DNA from: an uncultured delta proteobacterium | GTDB lineage: Bacteria; Desulfobacterota; Binatia; UBA9968 | NCBI GenBank assembly: GCA_963745035.1 | Contig: CAVUVW010000010.1 | Span: forward strand, 64,001-128,000 | Reading direction: 5' to 3' | Length of the DNA stretch: 64,000 nucleotides | Shown: piece by piece, positions 1 through 9,075 of the stretch | How positions within the stretch are numbered: position 1 is the first letter of the stretch | Layout: each line of letters opens with the position of its first letter | Program-made: the position numbers and the translations under genes | The notes under the pieces: generated by a model | Seen by the model: only the letters and a program-made list of their open reading frames with translations | What the model was told of the DNA's origin: nothing | Database searches by the model: none

Positions 1-1
1 G

Positions 2-136
2 ATCGGCGAAGTGGCGAATACGCCGACGGCGGCGGCAGTGGCGAACGCGGTAGCCGACGCCTGCGGCGTGCGCATCACGGACTTGCCGGTGACTTCGGAG
101 AAGGTGTATCGGGCGCTGAAGGCGCGGGGCGCGTAG
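2..136 (+). CDS. Xanthine dehydrogenase/CO dehydrogenase-family molybdopterin-binding subunit, C-terminal fragment (runs off window start)
   Basis: Manual translation of frame 2: IGEVANTPTAAAVANAVADACGVRITDLPVTSEKVYRALKARGA*, the typical GxGE...P.AAAVANA..DA.GVR...LP.T.EKV C-terminus of this family. Confidence 0.85.
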   Translation: MGEVANTPTAAAVANAVADACGVRITDLPVTSEKVYRALKARGA

Positions 137-247
137 AAAGGATAAAGGCGAAAGGATGAAGGATAAAGGAAAATTGGAATGACGGACGGTTGGGTTCCGG
201 ACTGAGATTCCGAACCTTCATCCCTCCGCCTCATCCTTCATCCTTTC
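137..247. repeat. Inverted pair of short 7-nt tandem repeats (AGGATGA/AGGATAA ... TCATCCT)
   Basis: gcgaaaggatgaaggataaagg is mirrored by cctcatccttcatcctttcg; the same unit recurs at about 57796-57865. Confidence 0.7.
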
Positions 248-264
248 GTTTACACGGAGGTTCT

Positions 265-1341
265 ATGGACTCGCTGCGCTATTACATCGCTCATAACGGC
301 GGCTTGAAGGTGATGGAGAATCGTGGCGGCTGCATTCGCGGCTGTCGGCGAATTCTTCCAGGGAAAGACTCTCGAGCACTTGATCGGCTGCACGAAAAGG
401 CCGGAAGTTGTTTTTGCCGCGGTGGCCTTCGACGGCGGCTACCGGACCGAGGACGCCGGCAAGACCTGGACGAAGATCATGGATGGCGACGTGCGCACGT
501 TCACCGTCGATCCGCACGACGAGCGCGTCGTCTATATGGGCATCGGTCCGATTCGACTTTTCCGCAGCGAGGACAATGGAAAGACCTGGGAGCCGCTCGA
601 CGGCATGCTCGACTTCGGCGACGACGTGAAAAAGAAATGGGGCGTGCCGCCCCGTCTCGTCGGCGTGGAGTTTCCCCACGTGCGCCATATCTTCATCCAT
701 CCCGAGGATCAGAATCTTATCTGGGTGCTGCTCGAGCATGGCGGCAACCTGCTCAGCCGCGACCGCGGCAAAACCTGGGAGGACCGGAGCGCGGGCATCG
801 ATTACGTCGATATGCACTACATCGAGAACTATCCCGGCAGCAAAGAACGCTACTACGTCTCGTCGGCGCGCGGCTTTTACCGCAGCGACGATGCGGGCAA
901 GCAGTGGCGCCGGGTCGAGACCGGCATGCCGTGGGCGTATACGGAGCTGCACAGCTATTCGCACGAGTGGCATTTTCTGCCGGGCGAAAAGCCGCGCATG
1001 GTGCTCTGTGGCGGGAAAGGTTCGCCGGGTGTGTGGGCACGCGAGAAAATGAATCCCAAAGGGCACATCATGCTCAGCGACGACGGCGGCGACAACTGGC
1101 GCATCGTCACCCAAGGATTGGAAAAAGAAAATCCCTGGATGCCGTGGGTGCTTGGTGCATCATCCGACGGATGCCAACTGCTCTTTTCTGCGGCATGGGC
1201 GACGGCGCGCGCGGCTACGGCTTCGACGCGCGGATCACGGGCAAGGGCGCTCTCTATACGACCCGGGACCGCGGCGAGTCTTGGGAGCCGGTGATGCAGG
1301 ACACGCCGTCGATTCTGACGGCCTGGGTCGCGAACTCATAG
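265..1341 (+). CDS. BNR/Asp-box repeat beta-propeller protein (Ycf48/sialidase-like), split by about 3 frameshifts
   Basis: GGAGG RBS before ATG265; repeated S/TxDxGxTW Asp-boxes (TEDAGKTW, SEDNGKTW, SRDRGKTW, SDDAGKQW, SDDGGDNW, TRDRGESW) across ORFs 190, 323 and 1152. Confidence 0.75.
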   Translation: MDSLRYYIAHNGGLKVMENRGGCIRGCRRILPGKDSRALDRLHEKAGSCFCRGGLRRRLPDRGRRQDLDEDHGWRRAHVHRRSARRARRLYGHRSDSTFPQRGQWKDLGAARRHARLRRRREKEMGRAAPSRRRGVSPRAPYLHPSRGSESYLGAARAWRQPAQPRPRQNLGGPERGHRLRRYALHRELSRQQRTLLRLVGARLLPQRRCGQAVAPGRDRHAVGVYGAAQLFARVAFSAGRKAAHGALWRERFAGCVGTRENESQRAHHAQRRRRRQLAHRHPRIGKRKSLDAVGAWCIIRRMPTALFCGMGDGARGYGFDARITGKGALYTTRDRGESWEPVMQDTPSILTAWVANS

Positions 1342-1399
1342 GATGCAATCCCAGCGACCGTAGTGCCGCATAACCGCAACCAAGAAGAGATGGATAGCT

Positions 1400-1533
1400 C
1401 ACCACGAAGCACGCGAAGGTCACGAAGGCTTTTTGTAGGGTGCGCTTGCGCACCGATCGTAGCCCGGATGTAGCTTAGCGGAATCCGGGTTCTTTCTGAC
1501 TCTTTCGTCGAACATGTGTTTTCGAGCGGCTAC
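1400..1533. repeat. Cluster of 9-mer repeats (CACGAAG) and GTAG-type REP-like palindromes
   Basis: accacgaagcacgcgaaggtcacgaag; gtagggtgcgcttgcgcacc; gtagcccggatgtagcttagcggaatccggg ... ggctac. Confidence 0.6.
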
Positions 1534-1736
1534 GTTTCTTGCATCACGTGTCCTTCGTCTACAATCTGCTGCTTAGCTTTGGCGTGCCTCGCGTCCAACA
1601 TAGAAACAGTTACGCATTCAGGTGAATTCAGATTTCCGCCATTCTTGCGGTTGCGCTTGGAATGAGTCAGATTTTTATATTCGGGCGGTGGGCATTTGCC
1701 TGAAGGTTCTTATCGGCATCGCATGCACGGATTCGC

Positions 1737-1768
1737 CTGGATTCCCGCTAAAAGCATGCGGGAATGAC
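1737..1768. repeat. REP-like palindrome of the GTCATTCCCGC..GCGGGAATCCAG family
   Basis: ctggattcccgctaaaagcatgcgggaatgac; its reverse complement is nearly identical to 16344-16374. Confidence 0.7.
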
Positions 1769-1823
1769 GGCAGTGACGAATAAGCACAAGGTCGCGCCAT
1801 AGTATACAGATAAATCCAAGACT

Positions 1824-2774
1824 TTGATGAACAAGCCAGCTTCATCTGCATCGCCCATTGTCGAGGCGAGGAAGATTTCGAAGAAATTCGGCGACCGAGT
1901 GGCGGTCGATCAGCTCGATCTCGATGTTCCGGCGCGGGTTTGTTTTGGGCTGCTAGGGCCCAACGGCGCGGGAAAGACCACGACTCTGCGGATGATCTAC
2001 GGCGTCACGGCGGCGACCAGCGGCACGATTCGCGTGTTCGGCATGGACATCGCGCGGCATACGCGCGCGGTGCGCTCCCGCCTCGGCGTTACTTTGCAGC
2101 AAAACGTTTTGATCGAAGCTTTGTCGCCGAAAGAAAACCTTTTGGTTTTTGGCCGGTATCATTTGCTGCGCGAACCGGAGCTTTCGCGGCGCGCCGAAGA
2201 ATTGATCGACTTTCTCGAGCTGCGCTCCCATGCCGACATCCCGGTGCGCCAGCTTTCGGGGGGATTCCAGCGGCGTTTGGCGCTGGCGCTTTCCTTGGTC
2301 AACGGCCCGGAGCTTTTGATCCTGGACGAGCCGACCACCGGGCTCGATCCTGCCGTGCGGCTGGCGTTATGGTCGCGCATCAGGGAACTGCGCGGGGCGG
2401 GAACGACCGTGCTCATCACGACCCACTACATGGACGAGGCGCAGCGGCTTTGCGATCAAGTCGCCATCGTCTCGGCGGGGAAGGTGATTGCGACCGGCGC
2501 TCCGGCAGAACTGATCGTCACCAAGCTGGCGCCGGAAGCGGTGGAGTTCGACTGCACGCCAAACGAAGAAGCAGCGCTGATTGACGGCGTTGCGCCGGGC
2601 CGGCGCCTGCGGGTCGGCAGGCGGCTCATGCTTTATCTCGACGACGCCGGCGATGTGATCGAGCAAATTCGCCGTCACGACAATGGAGACCGGCGCCCGG
2701 TTATCGTCCGGCCCACCAATCTCGAAGACGTCTACCTCTCGCTCACGGGCACCAGCCTGGAGGCCAATCCGTGA
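1824..2774 (+). CDS. ABC-2 exporter ATP-binding protein (NodI/DrrA-like)
   Basis: Walker A GPNGAGKTT, signature LSGGFQRR, Walker B LILDEPTTGLD, TTHYMDEA, C-terminal TNLEDVYL. Confidence 0.9.
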   Translation: MMNKPASSASPIVEARKISKKFGDRVAVDQLDLDVPARVCFGLLGPNGAGKTTTLRMIYGVTAATSGTIRVFGMDIARHTRAVRSRLGVTLQQNVLIEALSPKENLLVFGRYHLLREPELSRRAEELIDFLELRSHADIPVRQLSGGFQRRLALALSLVNGPELLILDEPTTGLDPAVRLALWSRIRELRGAGTTVLITTHYMDEAQRLCDQVAIVSAGKVIATGAPAELIVTKLAPEAVEFDCTPNEEAALIDGVAPGRRLRVGRRLMLYLDDAGDVIEQIRRHDNGDRRPVIVRPTNLEDVYLSLTGTSLEANP

Positions 2775-3538
2775 GCGTTTCGTTTCCCTACGCACTATCG
2801 GTATGGCGGCGCAACGCCGTCATGTACAAGCGGACCTGGAAGTGGAACATCCTGCCCAACTTCTTCGAGCCGGTTCTCTATCTTTTTTCTCTCGGTCTCG
2901 GCGTCGGCGCGTACATCTCGGAGATGGGCGGCACGAGCTATATCGCGTTTCTCGCGCCGGGACTGGTGTGTGTGGCGGCGATGAACGGTGCGAGCTTCGA
3001 GGTCACCTATAATATCTACGTGCGTCTGATCTTTGAAAAGACCTATGACGCCATGCTGACGACGCCCATCGAGCCCGATGACATCCTTGCCGGCGAGGTG
3101 CTGTGGGCGGTGACGCGCGCCAGCATCTACGGCGGCTGCTTCTTTCTTGTGCTGATGCTTTTCGGGTTGGCGCCGTTGCCGTCTTCGCTTTGGGTGATCC
3201 TGTTGATTCCCCTCACGGGGCTGCTCTTTGCCGCGATCGGTATGGTCTTCTCGCTGCGAATCCCCAACATCGATATGTTCAGCTTCTACTTTACTTTGTT
3301 TCTTACCCCGCTGTTTTTGTTTTCCGATGTTTTCTTTCCGCTGAAGGAAAGGTTGTCGGGCACGTGGCTCTGGGTCGCCGAAGCTCTGCCGCTTTTGCAC
3401 CCTGTGCGCTTGGCGCGCGCGTCCTTCAGCGGCGAGTTTTCCATGATCGTGCTGTGGGATCTCGCTTACATGATCGCGATGTCGGCATTGCTGCTCTTGT
3501 GGGCGCGCCGCGGCGTGCGCCACCGGCTGACGAACTAG
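2771..3538 (+). CDS. ABC-2 exporter permease (NodJ-like)
   Basis: About 6 TM helices, SYIAFLAPGL motif, 4-nt overlap with the ATPase gene. Confidence 0.9.
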   Translation: MSVSFPYALSVWRRNAVMYKRTWKWNILPNFFEPVLYLFSLGLGVGAYISEMGGTSYIAFLAPGLVCVAAMNGASFEVTYNIYVRLIFEKTYDAMLTTPIEPDDILAGEVLWAVTRASIYGGCFFLVLMLFGLAPLPSSLWVILLIPLTGLLFAAIGMVFSLRIPNIDMFSFYFTLFLTPLFLFSDVFFPLKERLSGTWLWVAEALPLLHPVRLARASFSGEFSMIVLWDLAYMIAMSALLLLWARRGVRHRLTN

Positions 3539-3753
3539 ACCGGCCGGCGACAACAGTACGCCTGCGGCAGTTTTATCCATATCCCCCCTTACTCGTACAT
3601 CGCGCCGTGTGCGGCGGTGACGCAGAGAAGCTATAAAAAAATTTAATCGGGTATGAATCTCTTGACTCTCGCCACGATTTGAAATTAAGTGCGTTAACTC
3701 GGCGGAAAACGTCGAGTGAATTTTCAATCATTCAACACCTGGAGCGAAGCAAC

Positions 3754-3954
3754 ATGGATCATCTCAAACACTCCTGGCCCGGTCTGGGGTTGGAGTGTCC
3801 TTTTTGTTCCCATTCGAAGTGTCGCGCCTGTCTCGAAGTTTCCGTCAATGTTCTCGCCTGTTGTGAGTGCAGAACGAGAGCGATCCGCCGGCTGGCGTAC
3901 CTAAAAGAAGTTCACGAACTACAAGATGTCGCTTCGAGAGGAAGGGCTTCGTGA
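3754..3954 (+). CDS. Small Cys-rich hypothetical protein (possible zinc finger), 66 aa
   Basis: GGAG before ATG3754; CPFCSHSKCRAC...CCEC pattern; followed by a hairpin. Confidence 0.45.
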   Translation: MDHLKHSWPGLGLECPFCSHSKCRACLEVSVNVLACCECRTRAIRRLAYLKEVHELQDVASRGRAS

Positions 3955-3971
3955 GCTTGTCCGCAGTGAAG

Positions 3972-3995
3972 GACATCCGGGATTTCCCGGATGTC
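3972..3995. terminator. Hairpin between convergent genes, probable terminator
   Basis: gacatccggga-tt-tcccggatgtc, perfect 11-bp stem but no clear U-tract. Confidence 0.55.
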
Positions 3996-3998
3996 TCC

Positions 3999-5147
3999 TC
4001 AAATTCGTAGATTGTAAAAGCGCCGGGCGTTTTCGCCGAGGAGGTCGGCTTTTTCAGCGCCGGTCAGGGCCGCGGATCTCTTGATCGTCGGCACGCGGTT
4101 CCAGTCCATGTCGCTGTGCGGATAATCGCTGGCGTACATGAAGCCTTTGCTGCCGAGCTGGTCGATGATCGCGCGCAGGTTCTCGTCGCCTTCGAAGCCG
4201 CTCAAGATCCTGCCTTCGAGAATGTCTTCACCGGGCTCATGCACGGTGGAGGGCAATTCGTAGGGTTCTCTTCCCCAATCGCTTTCTTTGCGGCCGGCGC
4301 GCGGCTCGAGGACATGCTCGATGTGCTTTCCCACCCACCAGTTCCAGTAGGGCAGCCAGCTCGCGCCGATCTCGAGAAATGCGCAGCGCAGTCGCGGCAG
4401 TTTTTTCAATAAGCCGGAGCGGACGAGCGACATCATCGCCACCATCATCGAAAACGGCATGGCGGTGACGTGGGTGGAGAAAAAATCCGTGAAGCAGTCA
4501 GCCCAGGGCGTGTAGTGCATGCCGGTCACGGCGTGAAATCCGACGGGAGCGTCGAGATCGTTCATGGTCTCGAAGAACGGCACGAATTCCTTGGCGTGAA
4601 GCGGTGTGTTTCCCACCGTGCCGGGAATGACGACGCCGTTGAGTCCGAGTTTTTGCACCGCGCGGCGGGCCTCTTCGGCGGCCGCGCTCGGATCCTGAAT
4701 CGGCACCAGAGCAACGCCGCCCAGACGTTTCGGCGCCTTCGCGCATTGCTCGGCGATGTAATTATTGTAGGCGCGGCACACGGCGGCGGCGAGTTCCTTG
4801 TTTTCGAGATCGAAGACCCAAACCAAAGCGGTCGGATAGACGATCTGAAAATCGATCTCCATGCGATCCATATCCTGCAGACGCCCCTCGATGTCGTCGA
4901 GGGAGTTGTCCTTGGCTTTCATTTCGGCGTGGCGCGGCGTCTGGTAGCGGAATCCGCCACCGCCCACGCCTTTGGTAAACGGTAGACGAGGCACGAGCCG
5001 TCCTTCCACGAGCCAGCGTCCGGTATCTCTCGGCTCGTCGCGCAGGTCGACGATGCGCGGACGCATGGAAAAGAATTCCTTCTCCATGTAGCGTTCGAAT
5101 AGATCAAATGGCTCGTGTAGATGGCCGTCCGAATCAATGACTTGCAT
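3999..5147 (-). CDS. Amidohydrolase_2 family metal-dependent hydrolase/decarboxylase
   Basis: IDSDGHLHE at N-terminus, FLEIGASWLP, ASDYPHSD, LLGENARRFY. Confidence 0.9.
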   Translation of the reverse strand: MQVIDSDGHLHEPFDLFERYMEKEFFSMRPRIVDLRDEPRDTGRWLVEGRLVPRLPFTKGVGGGGFRYQTPRHAEMKAKDNSLDDIEGRLQDMDRMEIDFQIVYPTALVWVFDLENKELAAAVCRAYNNYIAEQCAKAPKRLGGVALVPIQDPSAAAEEARRAVQKLGLNGVVIPGTVGNTPLHAKEFVPFFETMNDLDAPVGFHAVTGMHYTPWADCFTDFFSTHVTAMPFSMMVAMMSLVRSGLLKKLPRLRCAFLEIGASWLPYWNWWVGKHIEHVLEPRAGRKESDWGREPYELPSTVHEPGEDILEGRILSGFEGDENLRAIIDQLGSKGFMYASDYPHSDMDWNRVPTIKRSAALTGAEKADLLGENARRFYNLRI

Positions 5148-5263
5148 GAATGTTTCCTCCGCAGGCTGTCGTCCTAGACCTAGCGGATGGCCATCGCTTT
5201 TTCAACAAATATGAGCCGCCGCTTACGCCGCGGCGCGGTTTTAAGTACTATCCGTGTGGACCC

Positions 5264-6151
5264 ATGAGCGAGGCAAATTTCTATCAGATTCTCGGCGTCG
5301 GGCGCTCGGCGAGCGCCAATCAAATCCGATCGGCTTATCGCGAGCTCGTGAAACGCCATCATCCGGATCTGTTTTCCACGCCCGCGGAAAAGGCCCAAGC
5401 CACCGATAAACTCAGACAGATCAATGAAGCGTACGCCGTCCTTGGAAATTCCAAGCGACGCCACGATTACGATCAAAGCTTTGTGCAAAAGCCGAGGCCG
5501 CGCGCGCACGTTCGTCCGTCGCGGAGGGGACCTGGCGCAGCGCGGCCTCAACCAAAGGCGACCGCGCGCCGCAAGCCGCGGAAAATACCAATCGAGTGGC
5601 GGTCTTTTTCCAGAAAGCGCGCTGGGTACGCTCTGATCGCCGTCACGGCGGTTATGCTCTTTATTTACGCCGCCCGCAGCGTGCCGACATTGACCACGGC
5701 GTGGACCCTGGTGGAGAAAGTGGAAACCTCCTCGGCGGCGAGCACCGTTTCCTCACCGATGAGCATGCCGCCGGCAAGCGCGCAGGAGCGCGGTAAAGGT
5801 TGGTCGGCGGTAGCGCAGTTCGCGTCCGTCGCCGAATGCGCCGAAGCGCTCAAGAAAAAAGTGCGCGAGGACGAACGCGAAGGGGGCAAGGCGGTTTTTG
5901 ACGAACGGAACGGCATGATGGCCATCACAGTCCAGGTGAAAAAAGCCGAAAACCCATCCAATCCAAACGCAGAGTCGGAACGTGCGGCGGCGGCCGATGC
6001 TGCGCCCGGGGAGGGATCTTCGAAAGAGAGCGCGACGGCGTCCGTGAGCACTGTGAGCCGCGTGAGAAATCTCGAGTGCCGGGCAACGCAGCGCATGGAA
6101 ACGGAGCCCTGGTTTCAGCAAACCTTGCGCGGGTGGGGATTTCTTCAATAG
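5264..6151 (+). CDS. J-domain (DnaJ-type) membrane protein
   Basis: NFYQILGV...AYRELVKRHHPD...INEAYAVL..R..YD, then a basic linker, one TM helix and an unknown C-terminal domain. Confidence 0.85.
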   Translation: MSEANFYQILGVGRSASANQIRSAYRELVKRHHPDLFSTPAEKAQATDKLRQINEAYAVLGNSKRRHDYDQSFVQKPRPRAHVRPSRRGPGAARPQPKATARRKPRKIPIEWRSFSRKRAGYALIAVTAVMLFIYAARSVPTLTTAWTLVEKVETSSAASTVSSPMSMPPASAQERGKGWSAVAQFASVAECAEALKKKVREDEREGGKAVFDERNGMMAITVQVKKAENPSNPNAESERAAAADAAPGEGSSKESATASVSTVSRVRNLECRATQRMETEPWFQQTLRGWGFLQ

Positions 6152-6235
6152 CAGATTGCGGCCAACATCTCTCGGTTATCCAGGACGAACCGCGAAGACT
6201 TCAAATCGCTAAGAGTGGTTGAATACCTCGCCTTA

Positions 6236-6314
6236 GTCATGCCCGCGCAAGCGCACAGCTAGGCTATGCGGAGTAAAAATCCAAAAACCTGGATCCCGCT
6301 TTCGCGGCAATGAC
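6236..6314. repeat. GTCAT...ATGAC palindromic element between convergent genes
   Basis: gtcatgcccgcgcaagcg ... ctggatcccgctttcgcggcaatgac. Confidence 0.6.
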
Positions 6315-6361
6315 GCATAGACCAAATCGTCGCGGGTCGACGCTGACGAGAATCCAGGTCC

Positions 6362-7912
6362 TTATCGTGAGCGCTTGGTCTTGAGGAACAGCGCGATGAT
6401 CAGCAAAGCGACGTGCAGGACGCCGATCAGGAAAAACAGGTCCTGATAGGCCTGGGTCAGAGCCTGATTGATCAAGGTGTGCGCGAGCAAGGAGCGGGCG
6501 CGTTCCTCCAGGGCGAGGCCGTGCTGGCCCGCGTAGACCAGCATGTTTTGAATCTGCGAGAGCGCCTGCAGGCGCTCGCTTGCCGCGAAAGCGGCGCCTT
6601 GCAGCGGCGGGATCGAATACAAGTTGAAAAACGCGTAGCGCTCGAGCAGGAAAGTCAAAACCGCGATGCTGAAGGCGTCGCCGAGGCCGCGCGTCATGCC
6701 GATCATGCCGCTGCCCATGCGCGCGCGGCCTTCCGGAATGGCCGCGAGCGCGACGGTATTGAGCGGCGCGTTGAGGCTCGACTGGCCGACGCTTTTGACG
6801 CACATGAAAAAGAAGATAAATCCGACGGTGCTCCAGAGCGACAATTGCGACAACCCGTAAAGCGCGAAGATCAGAATCGCCAAGCCGCCGACGATCGGTA
6901 TGCGCGGCCCCACGCGGTCGGTCAGCTTGCCGGCGAGCGGGGACCACAGGCCGGTGATGACGGCGCCGGGGAGAAGAAAGATGCCTGCCTGGGTGGGCGT
7001 GTAGTTGAGGCCTTTTTGCAGGAAGATGGCGAGCAGATAGCTCGCGCCGCGAAAACCGAACACGCGAAAGAAGATCAAGAAGTTCGCCAAGCTGAAATTG
7101 AGATCGCGAAAATAGCGCAGCTCCAGAAACGGGTGATCGGATTTCAACTCCACGACGATGAACAACGCGACAAACAGGACCGACGCGCCGAACAAGGAGA
7201 CGATCAACCGGCTGCCCCAACCTTGCTCATGACCGAGATTGAGCGCGAGCAACAAGGTCACGGTGGCGATGGTCATCGTCACTAGGCCGAGGACGTCGAG
7301 CGGCGCCGCAACGGATTTCGCGGGCCTGTGTGGCAGCAGATAGTACCCGCTGATGATACTGAGCACGCCGGTCGGCAGGTTGATGTAAAAAATCGCGCGC
7401 CAGTGCACGTGCTCGGTGAGGTAGCCGCCAAACAAAGGCCCGAAGAACGGCCCGAGCGACCAGCCGGTCATGAACAGCCCCATGGCGAGACCGCGCTCAT
7501 GGCGGGGAAACGATTCAAACATGATCGCCATGGAAATGCCGAGCAGCGGTCCCGCGCCCACCGCCTGGATGATGCGAAAAACGATCAACGATTCGGCGTT
7601 CCACGAAAAGGAGCAGAGCAGCGAGCCTACCGTGAATATCGTCGTGCTGGCAATGAAAAGATTACGGTCGCCCATGCGGTCGCCAAGCCAGCCGACGGAT
7701 GGAGTCAGCACCGTGCGGGTAATCATGAAGCCGGTGAGCACCCACTGGATGCGATTGAGCGAAGTGCCGAGTGAAGACATGATCGTCGGAATGGCGACGT
7801 TCACCGCTGTGACGCTGAGTCCGATCGACAATGTGCCGAGGAACAGCGTGATCGCGATCCACCACTTGCGCATTCCGTCGGAGGTTGGCGAATCGGTCGC
7901 GGTGGTTTCCAT
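6362..7912 (-). CDS. DHA2 (EmrB/QacA) MFS efflux permease
   Basis: About 14 TM helices; VNVAIPTI, WVLTGF, GWLGDRMGDR, GPFFGPLFGG, WRAIFYINLP; likely start METTATD at 7912. Confidence 0.9.
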   Translation of the reverse strand: METTATDSPTSDGMRKWWIAITLFLGTLSIGLSVTAVNVAIPTIMSSLGTSLNRIQWVLTGFMITRTVLTPSVGWLGDRMGDRNLFIASTTIFTVGSLLCSFSWNAESLIVFRIIQAVGAGPLLGISMAIMFESFPRHERGLAMGLFMTGWSLGPFFGPLFGGYLTEHVHWRAIFYINLPTGVLSIISGYYLLPHRPAKSVAAPLDVLGLVTMTIATVTLLLALNLGHEQGWGSRLIVSLFGASVLFVALFIVVELKSDHPFLELRYFRDLNFSLANFLIFFRVFGFRGASYLLAIFLQKGLNYTPTQAGIFLLPGAVITGLWSPLAGKLTDRVGPRIPIVGGLAILIFALYGLSQLSLWSTVGFIFFFMCVKSVGQSSLNAPLNTVALAAIPEGRARMGSGMIGMTRGLGDAFSIAVLTFLLERYAFFNLYSIPPLQGAAFAASERLQALSQIQNMLVYAGQHGLALEERARSLLAHTLINQALTQAYQDLFFLIGVLHVALLIIALFLKTKRSR

Positions 7913-7920
7913 AGCGACGG

Positions 7921-9003
7921 TCAGTGGGAGCTTCTTTTGATCTGTACGACGGCGAGCATGCCGACCTTCAACAGACCGTCGCTGTTGACGACCGATATTT
8001 TGACCGGCAGCCGCTGGGTCGATTTGATGAACTGCCCGGTAAGCTTCTGCGGATTGAACAGTGAAAATTCGGAAACCGTGGCCCCGCCGACTTCCGTGAC
8101 CTTGCCGGCGAATTCCCGGTCGGGATAGGAATCGACTCGAATGATCACCGCGCGCCCCGCCTGCACGTAGCGAATCTCCGTTTCCTCGACATTGGCTTCG
8201 ACCCAGAAGCGGCTCGAGTCGACGATCATGTAAATCGGCTGGCCGACCTGAGTGACTTCGCCGCGATTGGCGCTCTTCTTGACCACCACGCCGTTGACCG
8301 GACTGCGAATCACCGTCAACGTCAGTTTGCGGCGCAAATCGGCAAGCACCGCGGTAGCGCGTCGCACCTCGGCTTGGCGCGCTTGCAGCTCCGCCTGCAT
8401 GACCGCGGTTTCTCGGGCTTTGATCCGCGCCAGATCCAGCATCGACTCGCCTTCCTTGATTTTCTCCAGCATAGCGGACATCTGCGCCTCGGATTGCCGC
8501 AGCATGGTCTTGGCGCGGTCGAGCTCCTGCGCGGGCACCAGTTGCTTCTCGAAGAGCTTGTGGTTGCGATGCCAATCGTCTTTGGTCTGGGCGGCATGGG
8601 CGAGGGCGTCGTCATAGCTGTAGCGCGAGGCGCGCAACGCCGCTTCCGCCTTTGCCACTTCCTCCTTCTGTCTGGCCAGATGCAGCTCGATGCCCATGGC
8701 TTCCTGCCGCGCCTTGCTGTTCAAGCGATCCAGATCTGCTTCGGCTTGTTGTATCTGGATATCGAGCTCGCGACGGTCGAGGGTGGCCAGGATTTCGTCA
8801 CGGGCGACCGTGTCGCCTTCGGTCTTGGTGAGAGAATCGATTTTCGCGGTCAATTCGGCGCTGATGGCGACGATATCGGCTTTGATTCGAGCGTCGTCCG
8901 TGGTCACGTAACCGGAGGTGAGCCACCACCAGAATCCAAATCCACCGAGCGCGGCGAGCACCGCCGCTGAAAGCAGCAGTGTCTTCCAGGGTTGTTTGAA
9001 CAT
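7921..9003 (-). CDS. HlyD/EmrA family membrane-fusion protein
   Basis: N-terminal TM helix, TTDDA, coiled coil, IRSPVNGVV, WVEANVEET, TGQFIKSTQRLPVKI. Confidence 0.9.
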   Translation of the reverse strand: MFKQPWKTLLLSAAVLAALGGFGFWWWLTSGYVTTDDARIKADIVAISAELTAKIDSLTKTEGDTVARDEILATLDRRELDIQIQQAEADLDRLNSKARQEAMGIELHLARQKEEVAKAEAALRASRYSYDDALAHAAQTKDDWHRNHKLFEKQLVPAQELDRAKTMLRQSEAQMSAMLEKIKEGESMLDLARIKARETAVMQAELQARQAEVRRATAVLADLRRKLTLTVIRSPVNGVVVKKSANRGEVTQVGQPIYMIVDSSRFWVEANVEETEIRYVQAGRAVIIRVDSYPDREFAGKVTEVGGATVSEFSLFNPQKLTGQFIKSTQRLPVKISVVNSDGLLKVGMLAVVQIKRSSH

Positions 9004-9075
9004 CAAAAGTCTTGGCGCCGCGCGGCATGGGCTAGCCTCACTCGCGCGGCGGCCTGAACCAACCAAAGCTGTGGT

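Noticed and set aside
1824-3538. Nod-factor export (nodIJ)
   Set aside because: Family resemblance only; no nodABC or other symbiosis genes
7913-8575. Apparent 220-aa N-terminal extension of the MFS permease (737-aa ORF)
   Set aside because: Overlaps the EmrA-like gene in another frame; the real start fits ATG at 7912
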